From: an uncultured Prolixibacteraceae bacterium
GTDB lineage: Bacteria > Bacteroidota > Bacteroidia > Bacteroidales > FEN-979
Length of the DNA: 64,000 nucleotides
Reading direction: 5' to 3'
Assembly (NCBI GenBank): GCA_964429135.1
Contig: CAYSAU010000010.1
Span: 5,642 to 69,641 of the forward strand
Part shown: in pieces, positions 20,236 to 30,800 of the stretch
Position numbering within the stretch: position 1 is the first letter of the stretch
Layout: every line of letters starts with the position of its first letter
Notes under the pieces: model-generated
What the model was told of the DNA's origin: nothing
The model's input: only the letters and a program-made list of their open reading frames with translations
Databases searched by the model: none
Position numbers and translations under genes: made by a program

Positions 20236-22346
20236 AAGAATTTAATCCGGTTATCTTCAATTTTAGCCATTTTCTTCAGGCTGGGATAAAGGGCATTACT
20301 AACCCTGCTATCGAAAGCCTGTTTCAATTGCATTTTTTCATAAGTGAAATCTTCTTTTGCCGGGGCTTCAGTAACTTCATCAATGATGAGGCAATAGGCG
20401 CCAAAGTTACCCGTGATCGGACCATGAAATTCTCCGTTTTTCAGGGTAAAAATTTGTCCCAACACAATGTTTTCCCGACTCAGGGCAGAACGTCCGAAAC
20501 CGGTGAATGTTAGTTGAGTAGTGTCCACTTTAACATTGTATTTTGCTGCCAGAGAATAGAGGTCTTTTCCCATGGCATCTTTTTTCATTTGTTCAGCAAG
20601 AAGTTCAACTTTCTTATAATTCTTGACCGAAGGTTCAATGTTTGATTTGATGGCTTCGAGGGGTTGTGGTCCTTTTGCTGCAATTTTCTTCAGGATGGCT
20701 ACGGCATATTTTCCCGAGAGGTCGAACACAGGAGATACTTCATCCACTTTAGTGTTTTCCGCAAACGCCCATCTCACCAATTCCCTTGCAGAAGGAAGGC
20801 CATTGACATAAGCATCCATAGCCTTGACATTGGGTGCTTGTCTTTTCTGAAGTCCTGCGCTGATTGCCGCTTTCTCAAAGGTTTCGGCTGTTTTGTTTTG
20901 CCCCGCAAAGGTACTTGCCCTAACGTAGGTGTCCTGGAATGTTTGGTTACTGGGTTCTATGTCGCGTACGAGCACAGCGGTTTTAACTTTTTTAATGGGT
21001 TTGGTTTTATTGGTAAGTTGGAAAACTGCGAAACCAATCCGGGTCTCAATCACTTTTATTTCCTTAGGTTTCATATCCAATCCGGCGTTAAAGAAAGGAT
21101 CAAAATTCGGATTGCCATCAGTAAACCACTTTAATTCTCCCCCGTCTTCTTTTGCTGATGGATAATCAGAAAGCGTCTTAGCCAGGGAAGAAATCTGGTC
21201 GGGATTTTTTTTCAATACCATTGCCAGACTGTCGGCTTTTGCCCTGGCCTGCTCTTTTGTTCTTTTCACTGCTTCATTGCCAAGCCCAGCATAGGTGATA
21301 AGGATCTGGAACCCATTCATGGAATCAGGACGTTCCTGGATGTTCAGTAATTTCCCCATATACCATTTATTATTGAATTCGAAAGCAGGGATAATGGTTC
21401 CGGGTGTTGAGGAAAACATCAGAGAATCGAGTTTTCCAGGAAGGCTTCCTTTTTTCAGATAACTACTGTCATATTTACTGTCGGAATTCGCAGTGGTGAA
21501 GTTAACAATGTCCGTTGCCCCTTGAAAATCCTTAAACAGCAAGGCTACGTCTTCTGCCGTTTTTTTACGGTCGGCTTCTGATGGATTTACTTCAAACACA
21601 ACATAATCAATATCCCGGTAATCATCTTCATTATAAAAAAATCCTTTGTTTTTATCGTAAAATTTCTGATAGTCGGCATCAGTTATTTTGACCAGACTGT
21701 CGGCAATGTTAAAAACAGAAGGAGACACAAAGCGAACTGTAAGGGATTTGGTTTGACGGGTATATGTTTTTTGAAGGAATACTTTTGGTTGATAATAAGC
21801 CTTGGAAATCAGGTTGTTGAATTTAGATTCAAGGCGATCATCTTTAATGGCTTTTTCGAACTGCAGCCATTGGTTTTTGGCCTTGGGTTCCATTTTATCA
21901 AGGTTTTTCAGATAATTGATCACCAGAGCGGGATCATATTGTCCGGTATTGGGATCTTTGAAATATTGGAGAATATACCGATGAGGTTGTTTGCCCTGGA
22001 CTTGGTCAAAGAGTTCTTCCGGGGAAACCGTGAGTCCCAGTTCGTCATATTCTTCTGCCATCAGCGCTTGTTTAACCATCATGTCCCAGATACTTTCCCT
22101 GATGGCGTATGTTTCCTGATCTGTTATCTTATCGTTGCCCGAATTTTGTTTTTGAGCATCGATGGCTTCTTCCACTTTATTACTGAATTCAACATATGGA
22201 ATTTGTTCACCATTGATGGAGCCCACGTTGTTCGTCCCCTTTGATTGTTTTTTACCAAAGTCTCCAATTACAAAGGCAGCAATAGCCACACCCACGATAA
22301 TGACAGCCAGTCCTGAGTGTTTTCTGATTTTTCCGATAATCGCCAT
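20232..22346 (-). CDS. ppiD: PpiD-like periplasmic chaperone / peptidylprolyl isomerase
   Basis: 704 aa. The N-terminal anchor MAIIGKIRKHSGLAVIIVGVAIAAFVIGDF is typical of PpiD, followed by SurA-like and parvulin-like regions. Confidence 0.75.
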   Translation of the reverse strand: MAIIGKIRKHSGLAVIIVGVAIAAFVIGDFGKKQSKGTNNVGSINGEQIPYVEFSNKVEEAIDAQKQNSGNDKITDQETYAIRESIWDMMVKQALMAEEYDELGLTVSPEELFDQVQGKQPHRYILQYFKDPNTGQYDPALVINYLKNLDKMEPKAKNQWLQFEKAIKDDRLESKFNNLISKAYYQPKVFLQKTYTRQTKSLTVRFVSPSVFNIADSLVKITDADYQKFYDKNKGFFYNEDDYRDIDYVVFEVNPSEADRKKTAEDVALLFKDFQGATDIVNFTTANSDSKYDSSYLKKGSLPGKLDSLMFSSTPGTIIPAFEFNNKWYMGKLLNIQERPDSMNGFQILITYAGLGNEAVKRTKEQARAKADSLAMVLKKNPDQISSLAKTLSDYPSAKEDGGELKWFTDGNPNFDPFFNAGLDMKPKEIKVIETRIGFAVFQLTNKTKPIKKVKTAVLVRDIEPSNQTFQDTYVRASTFAGQNKTAETFEKAAISAGLQKRQAPNVKAMDAYVNGLPSARELVRWAFAENTKVDEVSPVFDLSGKYAVAILKKIAAKGPQPLEAIKSNIEPSVKNYKKVELLAEQMKKDAMGKDLYSLAAKYNVKVDTTQLTFTGFGRSALSRENIVLGQIFTLKNGEFHGPITGNFGAYCLIIDEVTEAPAKEDFTYEKMQLKQAFDSRVSNALYPSLKKMAKIEDNRIKFF

Positions 22347-22398
22347 TCTACAAGAATTTATTTAAAATAGGGTGCAAAAGTAGGGATAATTCATGAAA

Positions 22399-22965
22399 CT
22401 ACAAAGAGTCTTTCTTTACGGTCATCTGTCCGCTGGGATTTTTTATGGTATAGCGTGTAAATGATTCATTCGATTCCATTCCATCACCAAAAAGCACTTT
22501 ATCAGGAGTAGTGATTTTAACCCTGACTTCAGACCAGATCAGGCGTTTTTGTTCATCCCATACAAGATGTTCGGTGTTTAATTGTTTGTTTTCCTTTTCA
22601 TTTCTAAGGATTACATTTCCGGAAGCTTCCATGGTATGGTTTGATTCATTCTGCCGGCCGTAATTTCCCGCGATGGTTGTCGAGACTTGTTTAATGGAAT
22701 CGTAGATAAATACTTTAAAGCCCTTGGGAAATTCAATCAGGGATTTTTCACCGGAATATCGTTTTAAATATGGACTGACCAGTTTTGCCTGAAGGTGTCC
22801 GGAATCGCTGAAGATGACCTCGATATTGCTGGCGGTCATCATGGGGTCGTCTTTTTTCGGGTTAAGGATAGACAAACTGTCTTGCTGGCGTGAACAGCCT
22901 GCATCAATCAGCAGGATAAGTCCGGACAGGCAGAGGAAAAAAAAACGGCTGGAAATGAATTTCAA
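22399..22965 (-). CDS. lptC: LptC-like LPS export periplasmic lipoprotein
   Basis: 188 aa with an LIDAGCS lipobox and OstA-like beta-rich composition. Conserved Bacteroidota context coaX-OMP-lptC-ppiD (from memory). Confidence 0.5.
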   Translation of the reverse strand: MKFISSRFFFLCLSGLILLIDAGCSRQQDSLSILNPKKDDPMMTASNIEVIFSDSGHLQAKLVSPYLKRYSGEKSLIEFPKGFKVFIYDSIKQVSTTIAGNYGRQNESNHTMEASGNVILRNEKENKQLNTEHLVWDEQKRLIWSEVRVKITTPDKVLFGDGMESNESFTRYTIKNPSGQMTVKKDSL

Positions 22966-22967
22966 GG

Positions 22968-24254
22968 TTAGTAATACTTACGTTTGACAAACCATCGCTC
23001 ATAGATGGAAAATCCAATAACCAGTTTGAGATAGCTCTCACGGATTAGATCTGCCTGGGTGGTTCCCCGGGTTCCCAGTTGAAAACCGACATTCAGGGCT
23101 GTTTTGACTCCGCGGAGCGGCAACCCGAACCCAAGGGTGACAGCATATTCACTTAAGTGTTTTTCCCTGAGTTTGAGGTAGCTGTTATCGTAAAAGAAAC
23201 CGATACGATAACGGACACGGCTAAGATAATTGTTGTAATTGTTTGCATTAGGCAGAAATTCTGCCCCGAAATGGATTTGCCAGCTATCAACCAGGGAATC
23301 GCTCATGTCGAAAGCAGTGAATTTACTCCAATTTTGCCATTTAAAATCTATCCCCACCAGAAATTTATCCGGTTTTTCAAGCGCCAAACCTCCCCCAATC
23401 ATGGTCGGGATAATAATTTTCCCTTTATATCCTTCAGCCATGGCGATGGTGTCTTTAATGATTTCCGTATCACTGGAGTTCAGCAGAAAAGACTGTGCAA
23501 GCATATTGGTTTTAGCACTCATGCGTGAAGAATGTGCATAAACGGCACCCAGGTTCAGAAATAGATTATTTTTCAGTTTAGCCTTGTATTGTATCCCGAA
23601 ATTGAAATACAGGTCATTTATATTAATATCATTATCCACCTTGAAATTCATGGAATAAGCGGAATCAGGGAATAATACCATGGCTTGTCTGTTCATGGTC
23701 CCGAAGAGGTATGAAGCATTGACTCCCACGGAAAGATTTTTTACAATCCGGAAAGCGTTGCCCCAGAAGAACCGGTTAATTCCTCCGCTTCCGGAATAAA
23801 TTCTAAGGACAGAACCGATGCCGTCATATTCTTCATAGTTAGCCACACTGTATCCTACATCGCTGAAGGGTACCAAACCAAGGGTTGTATGCCACCATTT
23901 GGTGACCGGCAATCCAAATAAAAGATATCCAAGAGAGGCATAGTTACGGTTGGCTGTCTGGTAATTGGAGCTTAGCTTCACCATGTCGATATTGAACCCT
24001 CCTTCAAAAACAAAAGAGGATGAATCAAAAGCCATGTATGAAGCCGGATTGGAATAATTGATGTGATAAGGCGAGCTGAAAGCAAAACTGGTCTGTCCCA
24101 TGGAAAGATTCCATGCGTTGTTATTATCGCTGAGGTCGCCAATACCAAAACGGGAGTAAGGTGAAGCAATCCTGATCTGTGAATATAAGGAAAGACTGAG
24201 GAACAAAGACAGTATTACAATTGGAAGTCGCAGGCTATTTGGCTTTATTGACAT
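22968..24254 (-). CDS. Putative outer-membrane beta-barrel protein, unknown function
   Basis: The ATG at 24254 gives MSIKPNSLRLPIVILSLFLSLSLYSQ (signal peptide). Alternating aromatic beta-strand pattern with a C-terminal aromatic residue. The track start at 24305 would overlap coaX more deeply. Confidence 0.55.
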   Translation of the reverse strand: MSIKPNSLRLPIVILSLFLSLSLYSQIRIASPYSRFGIGDLSDNNNAWNLSMGQTSFAFSSPYHINYSNPASYMAFDSSSFVFEGGFNIDMVKLSSNYQTANRNYASLGYLLFGLPVTKWWHTTLGLVPFSDVGYSVANYEEYDGIGSVLRIYSGSGGINRFFWGNAFRIVKNLSVGVNASYLFGTMNRQAMVLFPDSAYSMNFKVDNDININDLYFNFGIQYKAKLKNNLFLNLGAVYAHSSRMSAKTNMLAQSFLLNSSDTEIIKDTIAMAEGYKGKIIIPTMIGGGLALEKPDKFLVGIDFKWQNWSKFTAFDMSDSLVDSWQIHFGAEFLPNANNYNNYLSRVRYRIGFFYDNSYLKLREKHLSEYAVTLGFGLPLRGVKTALNVGFQLGTRGTTQADLIRESYLKLVIGFSIYERWFVKRKYY

Positions 24255-24969
24255 TAAATTCAAGAATTTGACAGAGTCCGTGTATGACGATATTTGGGAA
24301 TGCAAAGATGCTAATTTTTAGCCGTTTATCAAAATATTTAAGATCACCTCCGCTGAGGATGATTTTTAAACCGGGAAATTTTTCCAGGTAAAGCTGTGCA
24401 ACTCCTTCAATTTCAGCAATAGTTCCATTTACCACTCCGGAAATAATGGATGCTTCCGTATTCTTACCCACAAGGCTTTCACTTTCCTTGATTTGAATTA
24501 ACGGGAGTTTTCCCGTAAAAGTATGCAGCGCTTTGAAACGCATGTCCTGTCCGGGGGAAATAGCACCGCCAAGGTATTCGCCTTTTGCATTGATGAGGTC
24601 ATAGGTAATGCAACTTCCGGCATTGATGGATAACACCGGCGAATCAGGGAATTTTTGGTTGGCGGCGACTGCTGCCGCAAGGCGGTCTTTCCCCAGGGTG
24701 GATGGAGTCGTATACTTATTTTTCAGCGGGATAGGAGTGTTTTCATCCAACTCAATAAAAGAAAATTTTTTTGATAAAAAATTCCGGATGGAAACAGGGA
24801 AAGGCACAACGGAAGAAAGTATGCAATGATCGATACCCGGGTAGTTCCGGATAAAATCCCTGACGGTCTTTAGTGAAATGGATGGGAATAATTTTAAATC
24901 CAGTAAACGCCCATCTTGAAAGATGGCCAGTTTTTTATTGGTGTTGCCTAAATCCAGAATCAGGTACAT
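24235..24969 (-). CDS. coaX: Type III pantothenate kinase
   Basis: MYLILDLGNTNKKLAIF (the DxGNT motif), LGKDRLAA, and the GGDLKYF C-terminal block. Confidence 0.88.
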   Translation of the reverse strand: MYLILDLGNTNKKLAIFQDGRLLDLKLFPSISLKTVRDFIRNYPGIDHCILSSVVPFPVSIRNFLSKKFSFIELDENTPIPLKNKYTTPSTLGKDRLAAAVAANQKFPDSPVLSINAGSCITYDLINAKGEYLGGAISPGQDMRFKALHTFTGKLPLIQIKESESLVGKNTEASIISGVVNGTIAEIEGVAQLYLEKFPGLKIILSGGDLKYFDKRLKISIFAFPNIVIHGLCQILEFNVNKAK

Positions 24970-25123
24970 TGATTTGCGATTTGTGCCCGCCTAACGGCAG
25001 GCAGGATTTACGATATCAATTCATTATTGATGGTTGGGGAAGTAGGGCATATCCTTACAATCGTCAATCTGAAATCTAAAACCGTAATTAAGGCAAAGGT
25101 ATTGGTTTTTTCAAAAAACTTCG

Positions 25124-25131
25124 TAATTTTG
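25124..25131 (+). promoter_or_regulatory. Putative -7 box (TAATTTTG) upstream of tRNA-Phe
   Basis: Exact TAnnTTTG match 20 nt upstream of the tRNA 5' end. Confidence 0.4.
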
Positions 25132-25150
25132 CCATCCCTTAATAAAAGAA

Positions 25151-25223
<73 letters not shown>

Positions 25224-25240
25224 CGTCATATAAAAGAAAA

Positions 25241-25279
25241 AACCCTGATTCCTATGCGTTTCAGGGTTTTTGTTTTTTC
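25241..25279. terminator. Bidirectional intrinsic terminator
   Basis: AACCCTGA (25241-48) pairs with TCAGGGTT (25261-68). An A-run lies upstream and TTTTGTTTTTT downstream. It sits between the convergent tRNA-Phe and the HTH gene. Confidence 0.6.
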
Positions 25280-25292
25280 GGGATGAGTGAAG

Positions 25293-25487
25293 TTATTCCT
25301 CCAAATACTTTAAAAATTTTTCGTCGATATGCTGATTGAACCATTTATCAATCATCGACTTCCTGAACCTCCATTCCTTGCCGAGCTTGGCTGCCGGGAT
25401 TTTTCCTGTTTGCGCCCAGACATAGATCGTCTGAGGTTTTAATTTTAAATATTTGGCAACTTCCTCCAGGGTCATAATATCTTCCAT
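25293..25487 (-). CDS. Excisionase/MerR-superfamily helix-turn-helix DNA-binding protein
   Basis: MTLEEVAKYLKLKPQTIYVWAQTGKIPAAKLGKEWRFRKSMIDKWF matches the excisionase-family HTH pattern. It starts 2 nt after the upstream membrane-protein gene. Confidence 0.7.
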   Translation of the reverse strand: MEDIMTLEEVAKYLKLKPQTIYVWAQTGKIPAAKLGKEWRFRKSMIDKWFNQHIDEKFLKYLEE

Positions 25488-25489
25488 GT

Positions 25490-26278
25490 TTATTTCTTTA
25501 ACAATTTAATCACTGAAGTTGTATCTTGGGTGCGGTTGATGGTTGAATCAGCTTGAGTAAAAGGCTGGATTGAATTTTCCCGCCTGGGGTAATCCTTAGA
25601 AGAGGCCAGTTGTTCTATTGAATACACGATGGCCGTGTAAAAATTTCCTTCATATTTTCGGAAAACTTTAAAAGTTTCAGTTTTTTCACATAAAAACGGA
25701 CGAAGGTTCCAGGCTAACTGAATGCCGACAAAGACTAAAATGATAATCCATATCCTGAAAACAATTACACCGACCTTGGGATAGATGTCTTTATTTTCAC
25801 AGGCATATTTTAAGGCATCGACCATCAGCCGCATGCCGAAAATTCCTGCAAAAATGAATATAGCCACATGCAGCAGCTGGAGAAAATGATAATTTCCTCC
25901 GGTGATCTGGAATACAATGACGATGGGAGCGAAAGAAATAGCAATGGTGGAGGTAAGAACCAATCCGCTGAGGACAATAATGATCATTTGCCTCACACTC
26001 ATTTTTGAACCTAAAACCTGTTGGATAATGAAAAATGATGGAAAACAGATAATCATGGCAGAGAGAAAAAGGACAATGATCTTTATTCCGGCTGCAATAG
26101 ACTGAACCAGGCTATGGTAACTGCCCATAACTACACCATAAAGAAAAGCAAAAAGACAGATCATTAAAATCTGGTTGAGGATCAAACGGTTGGATTGACT
26201 GGTATTGATCTCATTGAAGAATGATTCCTTATTCTGGAAAACCTGAAAGACTTCCCTGATTCCGTTTAACTTTTTCAT
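25490..26278 (-). CDS. Polytopic inner-membrane protein, unknown function (Yip1-like topology)
   Basis: 262 aa with a soluble N-terminal segment of about 35 aa, then about 5-6 hydrophobic helices, then a polar C-terminal tail. No confident family assignment. Confidence 0.6.
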   Translation of the reverse strand: MKKLNGIREVFQVFQNKESFFNEINTSQSNRLILNQILMICLFAFLYGVVMGSYHSLVQSIAAGIKIIVLFLSAMIICFPSFFIIQQVLGSKMSVRQMIIIVLSGLVLTSTIAISFAPIVIVFQITGGNYHFLQLLHVAIFIFAGIFGMRLMVDALKYACENKDIYPKVGVIVFRIWIIILVFVGIQLAWNLRPFLCEKTETFKVFRKYEGNFYTAIVYSIEQLASSKDYPRRENSIQPFTQADSTINRTQDTTSVIKLLKK

Positions 26279-26412
26279 GATGTTTTGTTTTTATTGCGCA
26301 AATATACTAAATTATTATTATATTATATTATTTGTTACTGTATTTTATTGTTTAATGATTTTTTAACAAAAAAGCATTTTTATTTTTCTAATGGTTTTTC
26401 TATGGAGCCTGT

Positions 26413-26420
26413 TATCTTTG
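26413..26420 (+). promoter_or_regulatory. Putative -7 box (TATCTTTG)
   Basis: Exact TAnnTTTG match 18 nt upstream of the ATG at 26438, preceded by a very AT-rich tract. Confidence 0.4.
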
Positions 26421-26437
26421 TTTCTTTTCTGTAATTT

Positions 26438-27874
26438 ATGGATAGAAGAAAGGTATATTTTCTGAGCGGATTTATCTTGATGGTCGCCGCTTTTTTCTCT
26501 GCCGGATACCTGCACCCGGACGAACATTTTCAAATCATCGAATTTGCTGCTTTAAAGCTGCAGCTTACCGAAGCAATAAACCTTCCCTGGGAGTTTCATT
26601 CCCAGATGAGACCGGCCATTCAGCCGGCAATGGTGGTATTGATATACCGTTTGATTGGTTTATTAGCGACCCCTGACCCCTTTTTCGTTGCTTTTATATT
26701 AAGATTGTTGACGGGCTGTATTTCTTTTCTGGCTATGTGGATGATCTATAAAGCGTATGAAAAAGAATTCAGCAATGAAGAATTGAAAAAATGGTTTCTG
26801 ATCTTGTCCTTTTTCTTATGGTTTATCATTTTTATCAATGTAAGATTTACCTCCGAAACCTGGTCGGGAAATGTTTTTCTGATTGCTTTTTCCTATTTAA
26901 AGATCAAAAAGCTGCAAATCCGGCTTCATCATTATTTTCTGACGGGGATATTATTGGGCTTGTCTTTTTTGTTTCGCTATCAATCTGGATTGTTGATCCT
27001 GGGATTGGGTTTATGGTTACTGTTCATCGCCAGGGAGTCTGTTTCCAAGTTGTTGATTATGTGTTCAGGGATATTTTTGGTATTTATTCTGGGGCTGTTC
27101 ATCGATCGCTGGTTCTACGGAGTTTGGACCATCACGGCCTGGAATTACCTGCTGCAGAATATCCTGATGGATAAGGTCTCAGGTTTTGGCATTCAGCCCT
27201 GGTATTTTTACTTTTCAAGCACGTTTTGGGAAGGGATTCCTCCGTTCAGCCTGGTTTATATTGCTGCAGTATTGTTGTTTTTCATTTTCAGAAAAAGGGA
27301 TATTTTATCCTGGACTTTAATTCCGTTTTTACTGATTCATTTTATCATCGGGCATAAGGAAATGCGATTTATTTTTCCTATTCTTGGCTTTATGCCGTAT
27401 ATCATTGTCTGGGCAATCGGGTTTGTGAAAAAAAAATGGATACCCCGTTTGCTTGATATTAAAGGGGTAAAATATAGTGTATATGTATTCTGGATTACTA
27501 ACCTGATCATGGTAATAATCGTTACAGTTACTCCTGTTGACAATGAAAACGGTATTTTTCAGAAAATTTACAGGGATTATCCGACTCCGACCACTTTGTA
27601 TTTTATCAAGGAGGATCCTTATCACAGGGCCCTGGATATTAATTTTTACAAACGTCAAAACCTGATCACCGCAAAGGTGGATTCTTTTGAGCAGGTGAAC
27701 CTTGTTCCGGGGTATACCAGTTTGCTTGTAGTGTTGATGAATCCTGAAACCCCAGGCTTAAGATACAAACGGAAACTAATTTACACTTCCTTTCCTGATT
27801 GGTTGAAGTTCTTTAATTTTAACCATTGGATAGAACGTACCCGTTTCTGGTACGTTTATGAAATAGTGGAATGA
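26438..27874 (+). CDS. GT22-like (Alg9/PIG-B/Smp3-like) dolichyl/polyprenyl-phosphate-mannose-type mannosyltransferase homolog
   Basis: 478 aa with more than 9 TM helices. The N-terminal loop motif YLHPDEHFQIIEFA matches the HPDE(H)FQ signature of the GT22 family (from memory). Confidence 0.65.
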   Translation: MDRRKVYFLSGFILMVAAFFSAGYLHPDEHFQIIEFAALKLQLTEAINLPWEFHSQMRPAIQPAMVVLIYRLIGLLATPDPFFVAFILRLLTGCISFLAMWMIYKAYEKEFSNEELKKWFLILSFFLWFIIFINVRFTSETWSGNVFLIAFSYLKIKKLQIRLHHYFLTGILLGLSFLFRYQSGLLILGLGLWLLFIARESVSKLLIMCSGIFLVFILGLFIDRWFYGVWTITAWNYLLQNILMDKVSGFGIQPWYFYFSSTFWEGIPPFSLVYIAAVLLFFIFRKRDILSWTLIPFLLIHFIIGHKEMRFIFPILGFMPYIIVWAIGFVKKKWIPRLLDIKGVKYSVYVFWITNLIMVIIVTVTPVDNENGIFQKIYRDYPTPTTLYFIKEDPYHRALDINFYKRQNLITAKVDSFEQVNLVPGYTSLLVVLMNPETPGLRYKRKLIYTSFPDWLKFFNFNHWIERTRFWYVYEIVE

Positions 27875-27878
27875 TACC

Positions 27879-30800
27879 CTAACGGTCCAACTGTATTAGT
27901 TTGTCAAAGAGTTCCCTGGAAGCATCCAGTTTTTCAGAATTACCGTAAACGCACCAGGTTTTCTGCTTGACCATGTCTTTAATCAATTGATCAAATCCAC
28001 GGATGTCTTCCACCTTGGTATTAATCACCGCTTCACGGTCGCGTTGGAGGTCTTCAGCAGTCCGCTTTGTAAAGTAATAATTTACAGCCTGGTCACCCCG
28101 CTGAACATTGGATTGTGGCATATCCATACCGGCGATTGTACCGATAATATACCGGGTCATTACAGGTTCATCAGCGTCGAATTTAGAAAGATAGTCGCTG
28201 GCTCCCGAATATGTATCAAAAGTTTCTTTAAGATTAGGATCGCGGTAAGAATAGAAAAACATCTGGCCGGTTGGTGAAATACTTGATCCTGCACCATAGG
28301 CGCCACCCATGACGCGGATATGGTTTCTTAAGTATTCCCTTGACAGGATCTGGTTAAGTACACGCATTTTCCCGTTCCAGGAATATCCCAGTTTTTTAAA
28401 GTCATATCCCTCATAAACATATTGAACTTTAGAAGCGCTTCGAATACCTTCATTTTTCTTTTCAATGTTGAACACCCATTGCTGGAGGTCAGATTTGTTT
28501 TTTGGAAGGGTGGTAATAAAATGAGTCAGTTCCTGGTTAAATGCATCAAGGTTTTTGCTGTCACAGGTCACTGATGCGATCAGGTTTGCCCGGGTAAAAA
28601 GCAGATTAGCGGTTTTTTTCAGGTTAGCGATGACAGGGTCGGCATTTTTTTCAAATTCTTTCGTCAGATCAGTGATAAACCAGTAATAGTCCAGCCCGCC
28701 TGTTAATTCATTGAAAACACCCAAATTACTGAAATATGATGGGAGCCGGGTAGCTGCAACACCAGCGCCTTCCTGTTTTTTGGAAGCTTCCAGTTGCGAT
28801 TGGTGTCTTAACAGGAGGGTTTTTAGCCTTGCTGTATCGGTGAACTGTGTATTTATCAGGATTTCAGTTGAAAGTTCGAAGGTTTTATCAACTTTATCTT
28901 TCATGGCTGAAGAAACCAAAACGAATTTCGGGATAAGGTTGGCATCGTCCAGATTTTCCAGGTAGGACCTCAGGGTGGTATAAAGTCTTCCTGTATTGAT
29001 ATTCATCTCCTTGTTCAGGTCACCGTAAGAATATTTTTCTGTATTCAGCGAACCAAGCAGGTTGGAAAGGAGTGAAGCATAAGGGATCAGCTCCTGTGGC
29101 AGCATTCTCAGATCAAAATACAGGTTAGTATAAATGATATCGTTGGTAAATTCTTCATGATGCAATACAGGAACATCTGCTAACTTTTTCTGTTTCACTC
29201 CGTACCATATGGCTTTTGGGTCGATGTCTTTCAGGGTTAATAAGGGGATGGTGGCCAGTGCTTCAGGGCTGTCGTCTCTTTTCTGGAAAGCGATCAGGTC
29301 TTTGGTTTCCTTAAGCAGGGCATCCAAAGCGGTATCATCGAGTTTTTCTTTATACCTTTTCAGTTCTTCCTTTACGGCTTCATTTCTTTCTTTATCAAGA
29401 GCCGGATCGGGGGTCAAGGTGAGGAGAATGGAGTGTGGATTATTTACGAAGTATTTTTTTATGATGTTTTCAAGGTAGTTGGTGGTTAATGATTTTTTAA
29501 CCTCGGCAAGGGGTTTTTCATATTCCAGCCCTATGAATGGATCTCCAGCAAAGAACCAGCCCGGGTACATTTGCATCAGGAATACGAGTCCTTTTTGAAC
29601 ATTATTCCCTTCTCTCAGATGGAATTCGGTACGGTTCAGCACACCTTGAATCTCACTTTTATCCAGTCCCTTTTTCAGTACATCCTGAAGGGTACTCATG
29701 ACGATGTCATAGAATTTTTGTTTATCTGATGCATTGGCATTCTGGACGGTTATTTGTATCACGTTTTGCTTGTAGTTGGCTACAGAAGCTGAAACATCCT
29801 GTCCGATTCCAGCTTTCTGCAAAGCAAGGCGGATGGGAGCAGATTCCTGATTAATAAGCAGTTCAGTGATGATATCGAGGGCCATGTTAAGTGCGCCATC
29901 CGTATTATGACCAGCTACAAGAGTTAGGGAAAGAAAGGTTTTATCATGTACATCGGATCCTTCCATCACCGGGTAAGAAGCGGTGATGTCTTTCATAGCT
30001 CTGAATGGAGTCTGATCTTCAATGTCAACCCTTGAACCGGTCCGTGTGAATGCGTTAAGATATTCCTTGTCGATGAAAGTAAGTTCTTTATCCAGATCCG
30101 CGTTGCCATAGAGAAGGATATAGCTGTTTTCCGGGTGATAAAAACGTTTATGGAAATTGACAAAGGCATCCTGGGTCAGTGTGGGAATGGCTGCAGGATA
30201 ACCGCCTGATTCGAATCCATAACCATTGTCAGGGAAGAGATTTTTATAAATCTGATAGCTGAGTTCTTCAGTCGGATCAGAGAAAGCGCCCTTCATTTCG
30301 CCATATACCACGCCTTTATAGGTAACCGGACTATCCTTTTCAGTCAATTCATGATGCCAGCCTTCCTGTTTTAAAATCCTTGGATCGCTATAAAGCAATG
30401 GATTAAGAACGGCGTCCAGGTAAACATTCATCAAGTTAAAGTAATCTTTATCATTCATGCTGGCTACCGGATAAAAGGTGATATCCTTACCAGTCATGGC
30501 GTTCAGGAATGTTTTCAATGAACCTTTGGATAAAACATCGAAAGGGCTTTTCACGGGAAACTTTTTGGAACCGTTTAAGACTGAGTGTTCGAGGATATGG
30601 GGTGTTCCGTTGTCGGATTCCGGAATGGTTTTAAATGCTATTCCGAACATTTTGTTTGGATCATCCGCGGCAATTTTCATCAATCGGGCACCGCTTTTTA
30701 CATGTTCATAATAGTAGCATTCGGCATTCACTTCTCTGACAAACCTTTTTTCTATCAGTTTAAATCCGTGATGGATTTCCTGGGCTTTTACTTCTGGCAT

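Noticed and set aside
26311-26332. ATTATTATTATATTATATTATT microsatellite-like tract
   Set aside because: It is short and imperfect and sits in an AT-rich divergent promoter region. It is most simply explained as promoter/UP-element composition rather than a functional repeat.
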